DNA of 64,000 nucleotides from Dendrobates tinctorius (Eukaryota): NCBI RefSeq assembly GCF_039654945.1, contig NW_027361692.1, positions 24,490,001 to 24,554,000 of the forward strand, read 5' to 3'. Shown piece by piece: positions 60,412 to 64,000 of this stretch (position 1 is its first letter; each line of letters starts with the position of its first letter). The notes under the pieces were generated by a model. It saw only the letters and a program-made list of their open reading frames with translations, ran no database searches and was not told where the DNA came from. The position numbers and the translations under genes were made by a program.

Positions 60412-61746
60412 TAAAGGTAACTTCACAGAGGAGTAAGCTGTCATGTGTTTGTACATGAGATACCACGCTATTTCTAGCCGTTATGATTTGTGTCCTGTAT
60501 TTTTCACAAGTTTCACCCTCTGCATGTTCTATCTTAAGTTTCTAATTTACTGTAAGCTACTGGATGTTAAGATATATCCAATAAAATATAAACCCAGGAA
60601 TTACTCATAGGGCTTTCCCTTTGGTAACACATGGATATAAGCAGCAGAGGCATGGAGGATATTACACAGCAGTACTGTGCAGTGTAGCTGTGAATCCAGC
60701 CCTGATATATGTTAGCTAGATTCTGCACTATATGTTTCACTGCTTTTAACTGTGCTATTACACCGTCCTCCCTTTTAAATAGATTTCAATATACTGTACA
60801 ATCCAGCACCTCACTGTGCAGCTAGTCTGTCATGTATTGATCAAGATGTTTTTGAGATGTTCTTTTTACGAGTGAGTGATGTTAAAGAAGGAAGGGCAAA
60901 GGGGAAGAAATGTCTCATAAGTGGATAACTTGATACATTTCAAAGTTTCTTATATTCGTTTGTGCTATTGATTTCTGCAAAGTTTACATATAAGGAAATT
61001 AACATACAGTAATTAATGAGATGCTTTCTTTTCCCTGTTCTCTGCACGTTAGACTTGTGAAGGTAAATGTTTGACTGGTTGCTATGTGCTAACTGCATTT
61101 TTCTGCTATTTTCAGCATGTTTATAATTGCCTTATACCGCAGCCTTACTAAACTTGACAATGCGTGTCCTTCACATCTTCTGTAAATGATCCACAGGGAA
61201 TTTTAAAATGTCACAAAAGTGTCCTTATAAGTTGAGTTCTGATAGCAAATGAAGTGGGAGGTTGACGCACGGAAAATGAGAGCAAAGTACTAAACAATAG
61301 GCGTAAAAATGAAATGAAACGGATCTGTTTTTCCTGATGGGGTATTCCAGTCAATAAAATTAACTGATCCACATACGATAATAAGTGATATTGTGAAATC
61401 ATAGTTGGTCTGCTGGGAATACCCCTGAGTGTTAGAAAGTGGGGTTGGTGTCCACCGTTTTCCCACTTGCCGTAAGAGCGTGGGCAGGAAGAGCTGAATG
61501 GAGAGGACTGTTGTGCTTGCTTTCTGCTACTCCACTCAAGGTTGGACACTGGTGAAAATTGCTGCGCGCTGTGATCACGATCATGTCTCAAGAAGATGAA
61601 TGAGTCAAATGCCAGGAAGAATACATGACCAGTTCCATCCAACTCCTCGTGGCCATGGTCTTGCTGTCAGCAGAACATGGTGATCTGTGGGGAATGGAGC
61701 CACATTGATCTAATAATTATCACCTCGCCAGTAGATGGGTAATAAT

Positions 61747-61993
61747 TAGTGATGAGCGAACGTGCTCTGGTGTTATCTGAGTATCTTGGGCGTGCTCAGA
61801 TAATATGTTCGAGTCCCTGCGCCTGCATGTTTTGCTATGGTAGACAGCAGCGACACATGCGGGGATTGCCCAACAGCCGCGAAACATGCAGCCGCGGAGA
61901 CTTGAACATACTATCCAAGCACACCCAAGATGCTCGGATAACACCCGAGCAGGCTCAGATAACATGTTAATCGACCACATTCGCTCATGGCTA
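61747..61993. mobile_element. hAT-type MITE
   Basis: tagtgatgagcgaa / ttcgctcatggcta; 8-bp TSD GTAATAAT/GTAATCAT. Confidence 0.8.
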
Positions 61994-62607
61994 GTAATCA
62001 TTTTTGTCTGACGTATGATGTCAGAGCCTGCATAGGGCCATCATCTGAGCTGATAGTGATCTGTCCTTTGCCATGGTCACCACAGTTTCTAGAATTGGGT
62101 TCCTGCATGATCTGCGATTTTACTCTCACTTTTACGATCTGCTCACTTTGTCATTCCTAACCATTACTTGTCTGCAGCTCTTACGGTTTTATGTTCACTT
62201 CTCATACTGGCCATCAGCTAATGCTAACAGTAGAGCAACATCTTCACATCCCAGGGGCTTCAGCCTCACGTACCACCACCGTGTTTTCCGATGCTCTCCT
62301 GGTTTTAATAGCATTATGTTTGGAAGTTGTCGGCCACAGTGTATTAAGAAGGTAATGAGCTGATTTGTACTAAAGCTTCTGTGTCCTGACCCCAGAGAGC
62401 TCATCAGAGAACGCCTTGTCCGTGTACACTCATTACAACCCTCCTCCTGGAGGATGACGGTTTAATCAAACTTAATGACTCAAGTAATGCTCAGGCAAAC
62501 TAAAAACATGCAAAAACACATGCGATCAGAGTGATGAGAGCTTTGTGAGCCCTTTGAAGTTGTGTGACTAATTCCTTCATATGTCGCGCTTCTGTTTTGT
62601 CTCGTAG

Positions 62608-62693
62608 GATAAATGATGAAGATGTTCGCCTTATGTTATGGGACACAGCTGGTCAAGAAGAGTTTGACGCCATCACGAAAGCGTATTACAGGG
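62608..62693 (+). CDS. RAB23: Rab-23 second coding exon (86 nt); the gene continues beyond the window
   Basis: (Q)[28 protein letters not shown](G); acceptor ctcgtag, donor gttagt; phase matches the previous exon. Confidence 0.97.
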
Positions 62694-62924
62694 GTTAGTA
62701 TGACCTGATCATTTTGGTATTCACTCAAACTAGTTAGAAACACTTATGGTTAGCAGCAAATGTTTGGTACGTCCCTCCAGAAGTGGCTGGAAGGGCAGAA
62801 GTTGGTTGTGGCACTGCTCCATCAGGGATTGTTGCCCAGCTTTCCCAAACTCCACAATGGAAACTCTTACAAGTAATGTTATATTTGAGCTACATTTACC
62901 AATCTTTCCAATTATTAGATTATG

Positions 62925-63082
62925 TACCTGTAGACTGTGAGCCCTCGCGGGCAGGGTCCCCTCTCCTTATGTACTTGTGTGTCCCTTGTCTTACACATGT
63001 TTATTGTGCTTGTTTATATTTCCCCTTTTCACATGTAAAGCGCCATGGAATAAATGGCGCTATATAAATGCATAATAATAAT
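62925..63082 (+). mobile_element. L2 LINE/SINE-type 3' tail
   Basis: tagactgtgagccc...gggcaggg...tgtaaagcgcc....aataaatggcgctatataa followed by (taa)n. Confidence 0.6.
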
Positions 63083-64000
63083 GTGGAGGCACACAGGGTT
63101 TGGTCCTAAAATAAGTACGGTAATTGCTTGCAGTTATGAATCCTTAAATGGGCTGCCCCCTTTCAGAAAATCTTGATCCTTGGGTACAGTTGTTAAATAA
63201 AAAAAAATGCTTTTTACTCCCGGTCTACTGATCTAGCACTGAGTCTCTACCACGGTTCCCATCAGTGAGCTCAGAGGACCTGCGCTCGTCCTACACTTGT
63301 AGAGCTGCTGACCTCACTGATTTGCTGCCGCACCATTGATGTGATGTCAGCGCTGCAGACAATAACCGACCCCGGCTCATCGCCGGACAAGGGGACAGTG
63401 AGTAAAACTCAGGGTTTTTTGTTTTATTAAAAGCCAAAAGGAAAAAACTGCAGTCAGGATCCAATATTTTCTGAAGCGGGACAACCCCGTTAAATTATCC
63501 TCTCTTGGTAGTTAAACTGTTTTTTTGTGTATTCAGTGACCTAATCTCATGGCCTTTATAAGGGTACAGTCACACAAATCAGATAGGGGGGAAATCCGCT
63601 GTGAATACAGGAGCAGTATTGTGGCTGAGATACAAAATGTCACCCACAGGCTGTAGAGCAAATCTGTAGCTGAATGCCGCTGTGGATTAGAAATGTGCAG
63701 CCTGTCTCTTTATACGGTGGATTTTCCCAGCAAATTTCACCCTATTACAAAATCCATACAAGTTTTGTACAGAATTTTACATTTTGTGGCGGCAAAAAAG
63801 TCCTGTGTGCACATAACTTTATGGCTCCTAAGTGTCAGCCAACAGGAAAATCAGCCCGTCTACGTACAAGGGGACGTATAGGTCCGGGTCTATACCCTAA
63901 ATTTTGCAGGCGCAATGCGTTAGTGTGGCAATATGTGAATGGCATGTTTGCGTGGGTTTCCTCCCACACCCTAAAGACCTGCCTATACGGAATCTAGATT

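Noticed and set aside
61211-61642. 143-aa ORF, possibly a Harbinger transposase N-terminal remnant
   Set aside because: Only a vague resemblance (RFISFLRL); no catalytic motif or TIR identified.
1-64000. tRNA, rRNA or prokaryotic systems
   Set aside because: None recognised; exon-intron structure and repeat content are vertebrate.

Overview
This is eukaryotic (vertebrate) genomic DNA, most likely an anuran amphibian judging by its repeat content (inference). It holds the divergently oriented 5' ends of PRIM2 (minus strand, first coding exon 6381-6531) and RAB23 (plus strand, coding exons 34881-35035 and 62608-62693), the same head-to-head arrangement known from mammals. Between them is an intact, intronless, very GC-rich CEP43/FGFR1OP ORF (20492-21532, minus). 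It looks like a retrogene sharing a compact bidirectional CpG-island promoter with RAB23 (CCAAT, CRE, GC box, RFX X-box-like motifs). The rest is dense, nested transposable-element sequence: two near-full-length DIRS tyrosine-recombinase retrotransposons with ITR/ICR ends, and a young non-autonomous LTR element with a Tf1-type self-priming signature inserted in one of them. There is also an intact DD34E Tc1 transposon, a decayed hAT/BED transposon, solo LTRs, CR1/L1/L2/SINE fragments, many MITEs, Penelope-type minimal hammerhead motifs and GC-rich tandem arrays beside both promoters. All family assignments come from motif recognition by eye; no database search was run, and boundaries of decayed elements are approximate.
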